A DNA stretch of 63,574 nt, the filler included, from Octopus bimaculoides (lineage: Eukaryota), in NCBI RefSeq assembly GCF_001194135.2. It is 5 parts of 4 records of this genome, joined end to end, with 100 filler letters (N's around TTAATTAATTAA, not from the genome) between each part and the next. Parts side by side here need not be neighbours in the genome. Positions count along the whole stretch, not along the records: positions 35,136 to 44,445 come from NC_069004.1; positions 44,546 to 59,920 come from NC_068982.1; 3 more parts are not named here. One strand, given 5' to 3'. Each line of letters starts with the position of its first letter. Position 1 is the stretch's first letter. The position numbers and the translations under genes are program-made. Positions 35,990 through 49,867 of this stretch are shown piece by piece. The notes beneath the pieces were generated by a model. The model saw only the letters and a list, made by a program, of their open reading frames with translations, did not search any database and was not told the DNA's origin.

Positions 35990-36373
35990 CCGGTCCAGAT
36001 ATTCTATCGTTTTTAGCTTGTTATTGTTGGTGTTAATTTTATTGTTGCTATCGCTCGTCTCTCATTACTATCACTATTAAGGTTTACTGTTGTTGGTGGT
36101 GTTGTTGTTATTGTTGTCGTCATCGTCGTTGTTGTTGTTGTTATTGTAGGGGTGGTGATGGAGCTGTTGTAGATTAGATCCGAAGCGTGTTTCATAAGAC
36201 AGGTCTCTGATGAAAGATATTCTAGCAGAGACCGTCTCGCCATTTACACAGTACTACCACTAATTACTACTACGACCACCACCTTATCAACTAAGACCAG
36301 TTTTCAAAATGGCAGGCTTTGTATTGATGGACACATCGCTGCCTTTTCTAGCAGGTCGACCTATCATGTAGAA

Positions 36374-37076
36374 CAATGGTTCTCAACCCTTTTTAATATC
36401 CAGACCAGATCCAAACCAGGACTTTTTTTTAGGGGGTCGCACCACGAAAGTAAAACACGAGACAATTAAAGAAAGATTTATTATATTTCTTGAGAGAAAA
36501 ACTGCCGAGGGTCCCTGGAGGAATGCTCGAGGGAGATTTAGTATTTTTCGTTCGCAAATTAAGCAATACTCCTAATTTAAATTTTTGATAATAGAATTAA
36601 AATGGTGAAATCATAAATCGAGCTATCTGAGTCAATGAGTTTGGAAAATATATGAAATGAAAAATATGTAAAAATACTAACAGACAGAAAAAGCACAGAA
36701 ACATATGTAATATAATGACACGCAGAAAAATTAAAACAAAACACGCGGGTGAAAAGGATCTCATGTTGTGAAGAATCAAATATGAAAAATTAATACAAGA
36801 CAACAGCGGTAAAGAGAACAGTGAACCACAACAGAGAATACGGTTGTCTTGGTAACACGCTGCTAATGCCACGCTGTTTGTTGATTGGCTAAAATTACCC
36901 AAATTTCCCAACTTTAATTCCAAATAACATCGGATTCTTTAAATTACGAGATAAAGTAATTGATTGATGATCGTAATCAAAATTCAGAGTTGCAATCTGA
37001 GCAAAAATTGAAGGGGACTCGTTTTGCGAATGAGAAAGACAAGATCCCTTGAGGGAACCGCGATCGAGAACTGCTG
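36374..37076. mobile_element. Non-autonomous hAT (Charlie-like) element with an 8-bp TSD
   Basis: Termini CAATGGTTCTCAA / TCGAGAACTGCTG. Flanks ATGTAGAA (36366-36373) and ACGTAGAA (37077-37084) match at 7 of 8 positions. Confidence 0.65.
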
Positions 37077-38529
37077 ACGTAGAAGATCCTATCATTGATT
37101 CGTATTATTGTTGCTATCATAGTTATAGTCTTCGCTCTTGCTGCTATTTCGTAGCGATTTTTTCAGCTGTTGCTATTGATTTTATCGTTGATATTAATTT
37201 GCATCATATTTCTATCAACCCTGCTATTGTTTTTTTTTTTATCCCTGTTACCATACTTCCTTTTCAATGTTGTCATGGACGTCCCCTACAGTTACTACGT
37301 ATTACGGACATCCTTTGTTGTTGCTATCATTATCAACGCTGTTCTTATTATGGTATCGTTGCTATTTCTCCTCTCGACGCTGTTTCCACATTCAATACTG
37401 TTCCAACAGCTGCCATTATTCCTTCTCTTTTGTTGTTGTTGTTATATAGCCGCCGTCCCTATTGTTGCTATTGTTTCGTAACTCATGCCTCATTCGATCG
37501 TTGCTATTGTCAATGGTGTTGCGATAGGGCTTCGTTCGTTGATAATGTCGACCACACGTCGCTAAACCCCCTTCAGTTTGTTTTTGACTCAGTCTTGTTA
37601 ACTCTGTTACAGCTATTAATATCATTTCCAACTCTTCAATACACACACATACACGCACGCGCACACATTTGTGTGTGTGTCATGGTCGCAGTTCAATTAC
37701 TGAAACAGAAAGAATAAAGATTTTATGCATATGCATACATACGTACGTACGTACGTACGTACATACATATATATATATATATATANNNNNNNNNNNNNNN
37801 NNNNNNNNNNNNNNNNNNNNNNNNNNNNNNNNNNNNNNNNNNNNNNNNNNNNNNNNNNNNNNNNNNNNNNNNNNNNNNNNNNNNNNNNNNNNNNNNNNNN
37901 NNNNNNNNNNNNNNNNNNNNNNNNNNNNNNNNNNNNNNNNNNNNNNNNNNNNNNNNNNNNNNNNNNNNNNNNNNNNNNNNNNNNNNNNNNNNNNNNNNNN
38001 NNNNNNNNNNNNNNNNNNNNNNNNNNNNNNNNNNNNNNNNNNNNNNNNNNNNNNNNNNNNNNNNNNNNNNNNNNNNNNNNNNNNNNNNNNNNNNNNNNNN
38101 NNNNNNNNNNNNNNNNNNNNNNNNNNNNNNNNNNNNNNNNNNNNNNNNNNNNNNNNNNNNNNNNNNNNNNNNNNNNNNNNNNNNNNNNNNNNNNNNNNNN
38201 NNNNNNNNNNNNNNNNNNNNNNNNNNNNNNNNNNNNNNNNNNNNNNNNNNNNNNNNNNNNNNNNNNNNNNNNNNNNNNNNNNNNNNNNNNNNNNNNNNNN
38301 NNNNNNNNNNNNNNNNNNNNNNNNNNNNNNNNNNNNNNNNNNNNNNNNNNNNNNNNNNNNNNNNNNNNNNNNNNNNNNNNNNNNNNNNNNNNNNNNNNNN
38401 NNNNNNNNNNNNNNNNNNNNNNNNNNNNNNNNNNNNNNNNNNNNNNNNNNNNNNNNNNNNNNNNNNNNNNGGTGAGAGAGAGAAGGAGAAAGAAAGAGAA
38501 AGGCAAAGATAGAAAACATTGGTGTTAAA

Positions 38530-38995
38530 AGCTTGCTGGCGGGCGTGGCGGGTGGCGTTGGTTGTAGCTGTAGCGGTGGTGGTGGTGTACATAGTGTTTG
38601 TGATGGTGGCGATGGTGGTGGTAGTGGTGGACTTTTTATGATTTGCAGTGGTAGTGTTAGAATGTTAGTAACGGATGTGCTGATGGTAGTGATGGTTGTG
38701 GTAGCAGTGGTGGTTGTCGTGGTGGTAGTCGTGGTCGTAGAATTTGGTTGTAGTGGTGGTAGTGGAAGTAGTGATGATGGTTGTGGTGGTGTTGATAATG
38801 GTGGTGCTGATAGTGAGGGCGCTGGTTGTGGTGGTGGCGCTGGTGGTGATAGTAGTAGTGGTAGTAGTTGTTGTTGTGGTGGCGATGGTGTCGGTAGTGG
38901 TAATACTGTTAGTGCTAGTGGTTGTTGGTGATTGTGGTGGCTGTAGTGGTCGTCGTCGTGGTGGCGGTTGTGGTGGTGGTGGAGGTGCTTCTGCT
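38530..38995. repeat. (GGT/GTA)-rich low-complexity tract
   Basis: Degenerate trinucleotide repeats. Confidence 0.85.
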
Positions 38996-39087
38996 TTCGG
39001 CAAATAATGTAGTCACGCCCCGAAAACTGGAAAATGGTATGAGATAACGAGATTGGTTCTTTGAGAGGACAACTTGACACAGGAATC

Positions 39088-39118
<31 letters not shown>

Positions 39119-39189
39119 AAATACCAGTCTTATAACACCGACATCCAACACCACATCGTACTCTACACAACTCTACACCACCCATATCA

Positions 39190-39845
39190 GCATGTATAAC
39201 CACACTAGCATATAATACCACACCAAACCAGTATGTACGACCACAACAGCATGTACTACAACACCATCATGTATAACCACAACTCAGCAGTCTACTCCAC
39301 GAATTATCATGTACTACTGCATCAGTATGTAATACCATCAGAAATAAACATGTACCACCACATCCGGATGGACGACAGCAGCAAATCAGTAATACACAAC
39401 AGATGAACATGTACTACCGCAACAGTATGTAATACCACAAGAAATAAACATGTACTACCGCAACAGTATGTCATACCAAAAAATGATAAATGTGCTACCG
39501 CAAAAGTATGTCATACAACAACAATTAAACATGTACGACCTCAACAGTATGTCATATCACAACAATTAAACATGTACTACCACATCAGTATGTAATACCG
39601 CAAGAAACAATAAATGTACTACTGCAAAAGTATGTCATACCACAACAATTAAACATGTACTACCACATGAGTATGTAATACACAACAGATGAACATGTAC
39701 TGCCACATCAGTATGTCATACCACAGCATAACAAACATGTACTACAACATCACTATGTAATACACAACAGATGAGCATGTACTGCCGCATCAATATGTAA
39801 TGCCACAAGAATTAAACATGTACTACCATACCACCATGTAAGGCT
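39190..39845. repeat. Minisatellite with a unit of about 41 bp (roughly 15 degenerate copies)
   Basis: Unit CATGTACTACCGCAACAGTATGTAATACCACAAGAAATAAA, itself a dimer of two half-units of about 20 bp. Confidence 0.9.
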
Positions 39846-42291
39846 ACACCAGCGTTTACTACCACAGCACACCACCACTCAATCTGCGAGTATATATAGT
39901 TATGGTGTATTCTGTTAATAACTTAGTAGAGTACAGTATAAATATCGTCCACCTTCAGATTTCACCCTGTGCTATTCAGTGGTAGTATTATACGTACTTC
40001 CAGGTTTGCGTTTGGGCTTCTTTCGTGTGTGAATAGATAATCGAGAAAAAACTGGAGTCAGCAAGAATGAGTAAAGTTGAACATCTATTTTTAATCACCG
40101 CAATTATTTCTACGCAGTTTCTCTACAATTGTTTCTACGTTGCATAGAAACAACTGTAGCGATTGAAGATAAATATCCAACCGTACTCCTTGTTGATCCA
40201 ATTTTTGCAATTATATATTTATATATAATATAAATATATATTTATATTTATATAAGGGCATTACTATACAATAACGCCTCACGCTATGAGGGACTCTAAG
40301 GTCAGACTACCATAAAAAGCACATTTTTACCGAACGCGAGGAAATGCAACTCTCAAAGCCAACCCCTTAAAAACAGACTAAATTATAGATCATGATTTCG
40401 TAGTTATTGTAGTATTATACAACCTCTACTCGTCAGTATAATATGGTCAAGAAAAATAGCAGTAAACAGAGAAATACACACATATATATATATGTGTGTA
40501 TGCATGTATGTATGTATCTATCTATCTCTCTCTATATAGTATACATATATACATATATATATACATGCATATATATATATATACATACAGACATACATAC
40601 ATACAAATATATATATACATGTATACATATATATACATATATATATATATACAAGCATACATACATATATATGCACATATGCGTCTGTGTGAATATATAT
40701 ATATAATCATACAGTGTGTGTACGTTTGTGTTAGTATTAGTATGTCGCTCCGCATAATCATCTTTACATAACAGTGCTTGAAACAAAATGAACATTATTT
40801 ACGCGAGCGTAACTTATTGGTTCGGTATAGGCTTATAAGATAAGTAACGGGGTCATTTTAATTGATTAAAACCTTTGAAGTGGTGTCCCAGGATGACCTT
40901 AGCTCAATGACTGAATCTAGTAAAAGAATATGATAAATCACGAGTGCTATGAATACACATCGGCTAAAGGGAGGAGGCATTCTATGGTGAAGAAAGCAAC
41001 AGCGACCACCATATTCACGTTCGAAGCTACCAGAACGTATTAAGAAGGAATATAAGCGTTGTTGTACACCACTGAGTCACTCTGATATTTACAAAGCGCT
41101 GTAGAAATTGTTAGCCCGTCATCACTGTAGAGACATCCGTTAGGGATATTAAACAATGTTTTAATTTCTTGAGTTGAGACAAACAATATTACATTACATA
41201 TTTCAGCGCAATCGAAGTCACCATGCTGACATCAAACCCGACTTTTAACATCCTTGTTAAGTAGGAGAGATGCTCTCATATCTATCTATCTATCTATCTA
41301 TCTATATATATATATTTCTATGTTTGTATGAGTATGTGAGTGTGAGCGTGTATACGTAATCTATTGTACATATTCCTCGTGATATGCGGCATGTCTTGAG
41401 CATTTAAAACTTAATGGAGCCCATCCTCTACCGGGTTTCAACATCACCGATTTACACACATCCCGCGGATATATATATTAATATACACACACACATATAT
41501 GTATGCACGTATGTACGTATATGCAAATAGGTATATANNNNNNNNNNNNNNNNNNNNNNNNNNNNNNNNNNNNNNNNNNNNNNNNNNNNNNNNNNNNNNN
41601 NNNNNNNNNNNNNNNNNNNNNNNNNNNNNNNNNNNNNNNNNNNNNNNNNNNNNNNNNNNNNNNNNNNNNNNNNNNNNNNNNNNNNNNNNNNNNNNNNNNN
41701 NNNNNNNNNNNNNNNNNNNNNNNNNNNNNNNNNNNNNNNNNNNNNNNNNNNNNNNNNNNNNNNNNNNNNNNNNNNNNNNNNNNNNNNNNNNNNNNNNNNN
41801 NNNNNNNNNNNNNNNNNNNNNNNNNNNNNNNNNNNNNNNNNNNNNNNNNNNNNNNNNNNNNNNNNNNNNNNNNNNNNNNNNNNNNNNNNNNNNNNNNNNN
41901 NNNNNNNNNNNNNNNNNNNNNNNNNNNNNNNNNNNNNNNNNNNNNNNNNNNNNNNNNNNNNNNNNNNNNNNNNNNNNNNNNNNNNNNNNNNNNNNNNNNN
42001 NNNNNNNNNNNNNNNNNNNNNNNNNNNNNNNNNNNNNNNNNNNNNNNNNNNNNNNNNNNNGAATTTGCCTTTGCCTGACTGCAAGAAATCCTCTTAGAAG
42101 AATTTATTCCAACTTTAAATTTTATTTTTCCCTATCGATCAGTTGTTATGAGTGTTTATCGAAATACAATTAGATTTTATCTTTTTAGCTCATTAATCGA
42201 TTTCAGGGAATCTTTTATAAGTTATTCGCCTTAGAAGATTTTTGTTTATAAAGTGTTATCTCCACCTTATCGCGTTTTTTTTCTCTCGCTG

Positions 42292-42347
<56 letters not shown>

Positions 42348-42509
42348 TATTATTAATTTGATTTCGTTTTTATTCACGTTCGTATTCTTCCATCATGGAA
42401 CGTGTCATACAGTATATTTTCAAATTACCTAAATTACTGTGAAGACTTTCTTTTTTAGCTTTTTCTGAAAATTTATTATTATTATTATTATTATTAATAT
42501 CATTATTAT

Positions 42510-42565
<56 letters not shown>

Positions 42566-42809
42566 TTAGAATTCTCATTATTATTTGAAATACTATTATT
42601 ATTACTACTACTAATATGCTAATTACAGTAATTATTACTGTTGTTATTCTTATCATTATTATAATTACTATGATTATTGCTATTCATATTACTATTAATA
42701 TCATTATCATCATAATAATAATTGTTACTATTATTATTGTTGTCTCAGTTTCTATTATTAGTATTATTCTTATTACTATAAAATTATTATATTAAAACTA
42801 ATACTATTA

Positions 42810-42850
<41 letters not shown>
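42292..42850. repeat. (TAT/TAC)n low-complexity tract
   Basis: Direct reading of the sequence. Confidence 0.9.
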
Positions 42851-44032
42851 TGTACATACATATATTTTTTACCATTTATCTTTCAGATCCGTTCTGCCTT
42901 CCATACAACTTCCTGGATGAATACATAGCTTTTTTGGTCCTTTTTTTTTGCCTCTATTTCCTGCTTTCAGTTTCTGTCTTCTAACATACACAGTATTATC
43001 TCCTTTCAGTTATACATGTATGTAAGATTGTAAGTAAGTATGGATGTATATATGCGCAAACATGTAAACACATATTCATGTATGTATATATATATGTGTA
43101 GGCACAAACNNNNNNNNNNNNNNNNNNNNNNNNNNNNNNNNNNNNNNNNNNNNNNNNNNNNNNNNNNNNNNNNNNNNNNNNNNNNNNNNNNNNNNNNNNN
43201 NNNNNNNNNNNNNNNNNNNNNNNNNNNNNNNNNNNNNNNNNNNNNNNNNNNNNNNNNNNNNNNNNNNNNNNNNNNNNNNNNNNNNNNNNNNNNNNNNNNN
43301 NNNNNNNNNNNNNNNNNNNNNNNNNNNNNNNNNNNNNNNNNNNNNNNNNNNNNNNNNNNNNNNNNNNNNNNNNNNNNNNNNNNNNNNNNNNNNNNNNNNN
43401 NNNNNNNNNNNNNNNNNNNNNNNNNNNNNNNNNNNNNNNNNNNNNNNNNNNNNNNNNNNNNNNNNNNNNNNNNNNNNNNNNNNNNNNNNNNNNNNNNNNN
43501 NNNNNNNNNNNNNNNNNNNNNNNNNNNNNNNNNNNNNNNNNNNNNNNNNNNNNNNNNNNNNNNNNNNNNNNNNNNNNNNNNNNNNNNNNNNNNNNNNNNN
43601 NNNNNNNNNNNNNNNNNNNNNNNNNNNNNNNNNNNNNNNNNNNNNNNNNNNNNNNNNNNNNNNNNNNNNNNNNNNNNNNNNNNNNNNNNNNNNNNNNNNN
43701 NNNNNNNNNNNNNNNNNNNNNNNNNNNNNNNNNNNNNNNNNNNNNNNNNNNNNNNNNNNNNNNNNNNNNNNNNNNNNNNNNNNNNNNNNNNNNNNNNNNN
43801 NNNNNNNNNNNNNNNNNNNNNNNNNNNNNNNNNNNNNNNNNNNNNNNNNNNNNNNNNNNNNNNNNNNNNNNNNNNNNNNNNNNNNNNNNNNNNNNNNNNN
43901 NNNNNNNNNNNNNNNNNNNNNNNATATATATATATATATATATACATGTATATATATATGCATTTATATATAAAACTATGCATCTATCATCTATTTACTT
44001 ATCTACCTACGCGTATGCCTGTGCGGGCGTGT

Positions 44033-44064
<32 letters not shown>

Positions 44065-44135
44065 GTATATGTGTGTGTGTATGTATATATGTATATATAT
44101 AATTGTTTCTATCTAACTATCACTCTCGCTCTCTT

Positions 44136-44182
<47 letters not shown>

Positions 44183-44192
44183 NNNNNNNNNN

Positions 44193-44253
<61 letters not shown>

Positions 44254-44545
44254 TACATAGAGGTATATGTACAGTATGTACAAATATTGATATATAAATG
44301 TATATATGCATATTTGCACACACACACACACTCATACATATGCATTTCAGAATGAGTAGACATATATATGCATTTATGTGGAATTATATATGATGTAGAT
44401 ATACATATATATGTCCATGAATATATATATATATATATATATATANNNNNNNNNNNNNNNNNNNNNNNNNNNNNNNNNNNNNNNNNNNNTTAATTAATTA
44501 ANNNNNNNNNNNNNNNNNNNNNNNNNNNNNNNNNNNNNNNNNNNN

Positions 44546-44862
44546 TGGAGGACTATGATAAATAAGAGGGGGCTGAGGACGGAACCTTGGTGGACCCCTA
44601 CCTCTACCCGGAATTCATTGCTGTACTCATTTCCAACCCTCACCTTACTGGCAGCATCTCTGTACATGGCTCGTACAGCTCTCACTAACCATTCTTCTAT
44701 CCCAAGTTTCCTCATTGACCACCAGATAAGGGATCGGGGGACCCTATCAAAGGCTTTCTCCATGTCAATGAAAGCCAGGTACAGAGGTTTATCCTTAGCT
44801 AGGTATTTCTCCTGCAGCTGTCTCACTAGAAATAAGGCATCAGTAGTGCTTTTACCTGGCAT
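44546..44862 (-). mobile_element. RTE-clade LINE reverse transcriptase fragment, uninterrupted
   Basis: [20 protein letters not shown]...[15 protein letters not shown]...[18 protein letters not shown] (RT motifs), open until an assembly gap. Confidence 0.95.
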
Positions 44863-44930
44863 ATACAGCTTGATACATAGATATATGCATATAGACATTT
44901 GCTCTGTATGTTTGAGTGTGTTTGTGTGTG

Positions 44931-44986
<56 letters not shown>

Positions 44987-44987
44987 C

Positions 44988-45032
<45 letters not shown>

Positions 45033-45071
45033 CATACATATACATACATACATACATATATATATATATAT

Positions 45072-45418
45072 TTCTTTTACCTCTTGTTTCAGTAATTTGA
45101 CTACTTGAAGGGTTTTAGTCAAACAAATCAACGCCAGGACTTTTTTTTTTAAAGCCTAGTACTTATTCTACTGGTCTCTTAATAAATCACTAAGTTATGG
45201 GACATAAACACACCAACACCGGTTGTCAAGCAGTTGAGCAGGGAAAACATAGACACAGAGACACACACATGACGAGCTTCTTTCAGTTTCTGTCTACAAG
45301 TCTTTGGTTGGCCCAAAGCTGTAGTAGAAGACACTTGCCTGAGGTGGCATGCAGTGGGACTGAATCCGGAATCCCATGGTTGGGAAGGGAGCTTCTTACC
45401 ATACAGCCATCCCTGCAC
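45072..45418 (-). mobile_element. SINE family C
   Basis: CTCTTGTTTCAGT...CACTAAGTTATGGG...AGTGGGACTGAATCCGGAA...CTTACCATACAGCCA. Confidence 0.85.
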
Positions 45419-46653
45419 CCCACTCCCCCACACTCACTAACTCATGTACACATGGTAAGCCTGTTGTCATTATCAACAATCACCATTCAACATTTAGTTT
45501 CCATACTGGTTTTGGGTAGATGATTCAATAGAATCTGACAAATCAGGGGACTGTGTTCAGCCCCAAAGTCTGATTTGGTTTCTATGACTCTTCTTAATGC
45601 CAACTATTTTACAGTGTATGGAATGGGTTGCTTTTCTTTTTTTTCTTTTTCTTTTTTTTGTAAAATGGTTAGAGAAGGGCCCTGTAATTCTTGTTGAGGA
45701 CATGAAAACCTCTCTAGTGTTTATGCAAGTGATAAAAAATTACCCTGGTACACTATGTAAAATGGTTGTTGATAGGAAGGGTATCCAATCATAGAAGCCA
45801 TGCTGGAACTGAAATATGTGACTCATTGTCCAATGACTTGTGAGTAGATACTGACTCAAACTGTGATGACACATCTAACACCGCATGGAAACTGGTAATA
45901 ACATGATTATGAAGATTTATAGTGTTTTGGTATGTAAGGATGGAATCTATGAATAGCAAGTGAGTTATCAAATCTGAAAGAGTGCAAAAACTTCTGTGAG
46001 AACTGTCCAATTCCAGCCAGTCTATAAGTAGAACTAATATTGACAAAACAATATCTGAAATGGAAGAACAGAGCTAACTGGTGCAATCGTAAAATCTGAA
46101 ACTAAATTAAGAGACAGAGAGCCATGTATCTCTCTCAGCCCAATTTTGTCATTCTCAAAGAATGCATTCTCTCTTCTCACCTTCTCAACTGAATTCCCTC
46201 AAGCTTTCTACCTTTTCCCTACGACTATCTCACTTTCTGAATGAGACAGCATGTTTGTCTTTTTTCAAATGTTCAACTATTCTACCCTCTCTTTATTTGA
46301 ATCTTACTATGTTTCACTCTCCCCCATCAGCAGCACTTTCATTCCAATTCTCTAACTATTTTTATCTATCATCACTCCCCCCTCCCACCTTCCTATGTCT
46401 CTCTGTCAGCTTCACTGCTTACACTACATAACAATATGTCTGACTAAAATAGATCGATTTGATGTGTGGTGACTATATAATGTTTATCAGTTCTCTCATA
46501 GGTTACACACACACATATATACATACATACACACATACAAACACAAACATGCATACATATGTACATAATTTCTATGTGACCCAAATTCTACCCCTTGAGA
46601 CAGAGATAGAGCATGACAGACACAAAGAGAGTAGAGAGCTTCACATGAAAAAT

Positions 46654-46694
<41 letters not shown>

Positions 46695-47064
46695 AAGAAA
46701 GAAAGAAAGAAAGAGAAGGTGAGAGAGAAAAGAAAGAGGTACGGGGAGAGGTGGCCTAACAAAGGAAGGCATCCTAGTGGTGTTGGCAATGTGCGGACCC
46801 ACTGCTAATTCTGCGGAGTTTCCTTATGTCCAAGTTGGAAATGTAACAATCACAGAACTGGTCGATGAGAAGTTCAACTGTGCTGTGGAGGGGCAACACA
46901 AACTGCTGGCTTCTAATATATCCTGCTGGATAAATGGCTGCCTGCTACTCTTGTGAAATGAAATGGTAGTTATATATAGTGTTGTGTGTGTGCTTGAAAA
47001 AAAAATAATATCTATATCTATATCTATATCCTTCTGTGCATAAATGTGTATATCATTAATTTTG

Positions 47065-47098
<34 letters not shown>

Positions 47099-47454
47099 TT
47101 GAATGTGTATCCTCTCTATGTATAGACATGTACATTAATAATTTTTCTATGTATATGTTTGTCTATACATGTATATGCTTGAGTATGTATATCCTTCTGG
47201 GATATATAAGTGTAGAGCAATAATTTTGCTCTGTGTGTGTGCATGTGTATTTTTGTATACCGGTGAAAATAGTGTTTATGTATGTGAATAGTTTTGTATG
47301 TCTGATGGAGTATATAGAGTTAAAATGGTGCAAGTGGGTGATGTAACCTATGTGCGCATATGTGTAGGAGTATGTGTTTGTGTTTCTATATGTGTTTTTA
47401 TATTTGTGAGTGTTTGTGCGTGCATGCGCACACATACAAGATTGCATGTGAGCA

Positions 47455-47610
47455 CAGGAATGTTCAAATGGTTAAGAAGTTTGCTCTGCAATCATGAGGT
47501 CTCAGGATCCAATGACTTCCTGAGCAAGTCTCTTTTTACCTAACCTCAGATCCTCCACAAGCCTTGAGTGAAACTGAGGAGATGGAAACTATGTGGAAGC
47601 CTACTGTGTA
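47455..47610 (+). mobile_element. Diverged tRNA-head SINE
   Basis: AATGGTTAAGAAGTTTGCTCTGCAATCATGAGGTCTCAGG...CTGAGCAAGTCTC...GATGGAAACT. Confidence 0.55.
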
Positions 47611-48284
47611 ATACTGATTTTGTGTAAGGATCACAGGAATATTCAGCCATTTATATAAATCAACGAGTAGGTAGCTCATTTGATCAAACAACTGGAACAC
47701 AAATTTAGAAAACAATAGCAGATTCGTTCATTTTACTTTTTATATGTATACTTTTTGTTTGTATATGTGGTATAGGTATAGCAGTGTTTGTATATGCGGT
47801 ATAGGCATTTGTTTGTATATGCGGAATTAGCATAGCAGTGTGGCCAAGAAGGTCCCCTTGCATTAATGTGGTATTAGGTTCAGTTCCACTCTGGTAAATT
47901 TTGCATTAAATTCCGTTGCATAGAAACCAGTGAACATGAAATCATCATCTTAATATCTGCTTTTTCATGCTTGCATGGGTCAGATGAAATTCCTTGAAGC
48001 AGATTTTGCATGACTAGATGGCCTTCCAGTTGCCAACCCTCACTCATTTCCATGACAGAATATTAGAAATAAACGACACTGCTTGGAAAATATAGAAAAG
48101 TTGGATCGTTATTATTTCATTTGCTCCATCAAATTTTGTTCCCATTTTCTAGACAGTTGTAGTTTTGCATGACAATGTAAATCACATCCATTTTTCATTG
48201 AAGTTACAAACCATCAGTATAGAAAATTTTAACAAAACCTGACAGTGCAAATGAAACCATAAACATTTGGAAACTTATAGGATG

Positions 48285-48785
48285 CAAAAAGTTAAACATA
48301 CTACCTTCAATTTGGTGTTTGTACCTATCCTTACCTATGGTCATGAATCTTGTGTAATGACCGAAAGAATAAGATCACAAATACAAGCAGCAGAAATGGG
48401 TTCCTCCAAAAGTTCTTCAGAACAGTGTTACTTGATAAAGTGCATAGTTCAGAGATCAGAGAGGTGCTCCAAGTAGAGCCATTACTTCTCTGAACTGAGA
48501 GATCAGTTCTGATACTATGGACATGTGGTAAGAATGTCCTAGGAATTGCTAGACAGGTTTTATGGGAAAAACCAACTGGCAGGAGACACAGGGATAGACT
48601 GTAAACAAGATGGCTGGATAACATCCATGAGTGTAGTTCATCTCAGTTGGGGGATCTTGCCAGATCAATTGGAAGCAGTTGCTTCTGACTGGACCAGATG
48701 GAAAGTGTGCTTAAGGACTCTGTCCCACAACCTCCCTAAGAATAAATGGGTGAAGAAAATGTGATAAGATGAAAGATGAAGATGG
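48285..48785 (+). mobile_element. RTE-clade (Expander/Rex3-like) LINE 3' fragment
   Basis: VFVPILTYGHESCVMTERIRSQIQAAEMG...EIREVLQVEPLLL...TRWLDNI...RWKVCL, ending in a (GATGAA)-like short tandem tail. Confidence 0.85.
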
Positions 48786-49867
48786 ATTATAATTCCAAAA
48801 GACACAATCTTGTAGATTCTGTCTGGGAATTACATTAAGGCTACATGTGTTTATAGAAAGCTCAGCCACTAAAATATTAATTCAGGAGCTCGTAATTTAG
48901 TTCCTCAAAGAACTGAATTTTCATTGTCAAATGACAGGAATCCATCATCATCATCATTCCATCACTTACATTCATGAGTCATACTGCAACAATGTTCAAC
49001 TCATTCTAATAAAAGTGTCTTTCAACACAATAAGTCTATCAAAAGATTTTCTCTTAGACAAAAAACTACAGCATCATGCCTTTCAACAGTGTATATATAT
49101 TTGCTATGATACATAGATGGTGATTTTAATTTAATGCCATTTCAATTGTGTATACTAAATTTTGTACAGCATGTCAAACTTTCTGCAAAATCAGTGAATG
49201 TATTATTTCCTTTCTATTAAAGCACAAATTCCATCTTAGCAAGTGACAATAAAGTGCATAGGACTGACAAGTGGTGCAAAACATATCTGTCATTCTTATG
49301 AGTCATTGCTGGAACGATGTCCGTCTCGCTTTGATATACAATGTGTTTTTAACTCAAGTCTCTGACAAAACCACAGCAGCATGCCTTTCAATGATGTATA
49401 TACATTTAGTATGATGCATCAATAGCAGTTATTTTATTTAGGCAGTTCTGTTAATTAAACAAGAACATGATTAACTTATGTGAGATCTAGTTGTCTCTCT
49501 TCCTCTTTCTTGATCCTAAAGAGCCTTTAAGGGCTCAAAGTTAGCTCCTGTTTCACATTGTAAAGCAAATGTGAGATAAATTGCTCTTTTGGTTAATAAG
49601 ATAGCTATGTATTGAACAACTACGTGTGAAGCATGTGACCTAGTGGTGAAGATATTGGGTAGACGATCTTAAAACATGGATTCCTGGACTAGGCAACACA
49701 ACGTACCACCCTTGACCAAGGTACTTCTTTTCATGTTGCACCAGTCTACTCGGATCTATTTCAAACCGGGGTCACCAGTTCTCATTTATGTTTTATGTAG
49801 TGTTTTTGGTACCGAAAGACTTTCAAACTTTGTATACTTATCTATTTTGTGTTATAGAACAGAAAAA

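Noticed and set aside
39190-39845. Possible CRISPR-like array or repeat protein
   Set aside because: There are no unique spacers, the context is eukaryotic, and the 41-bp period cannot keep a reading frame.
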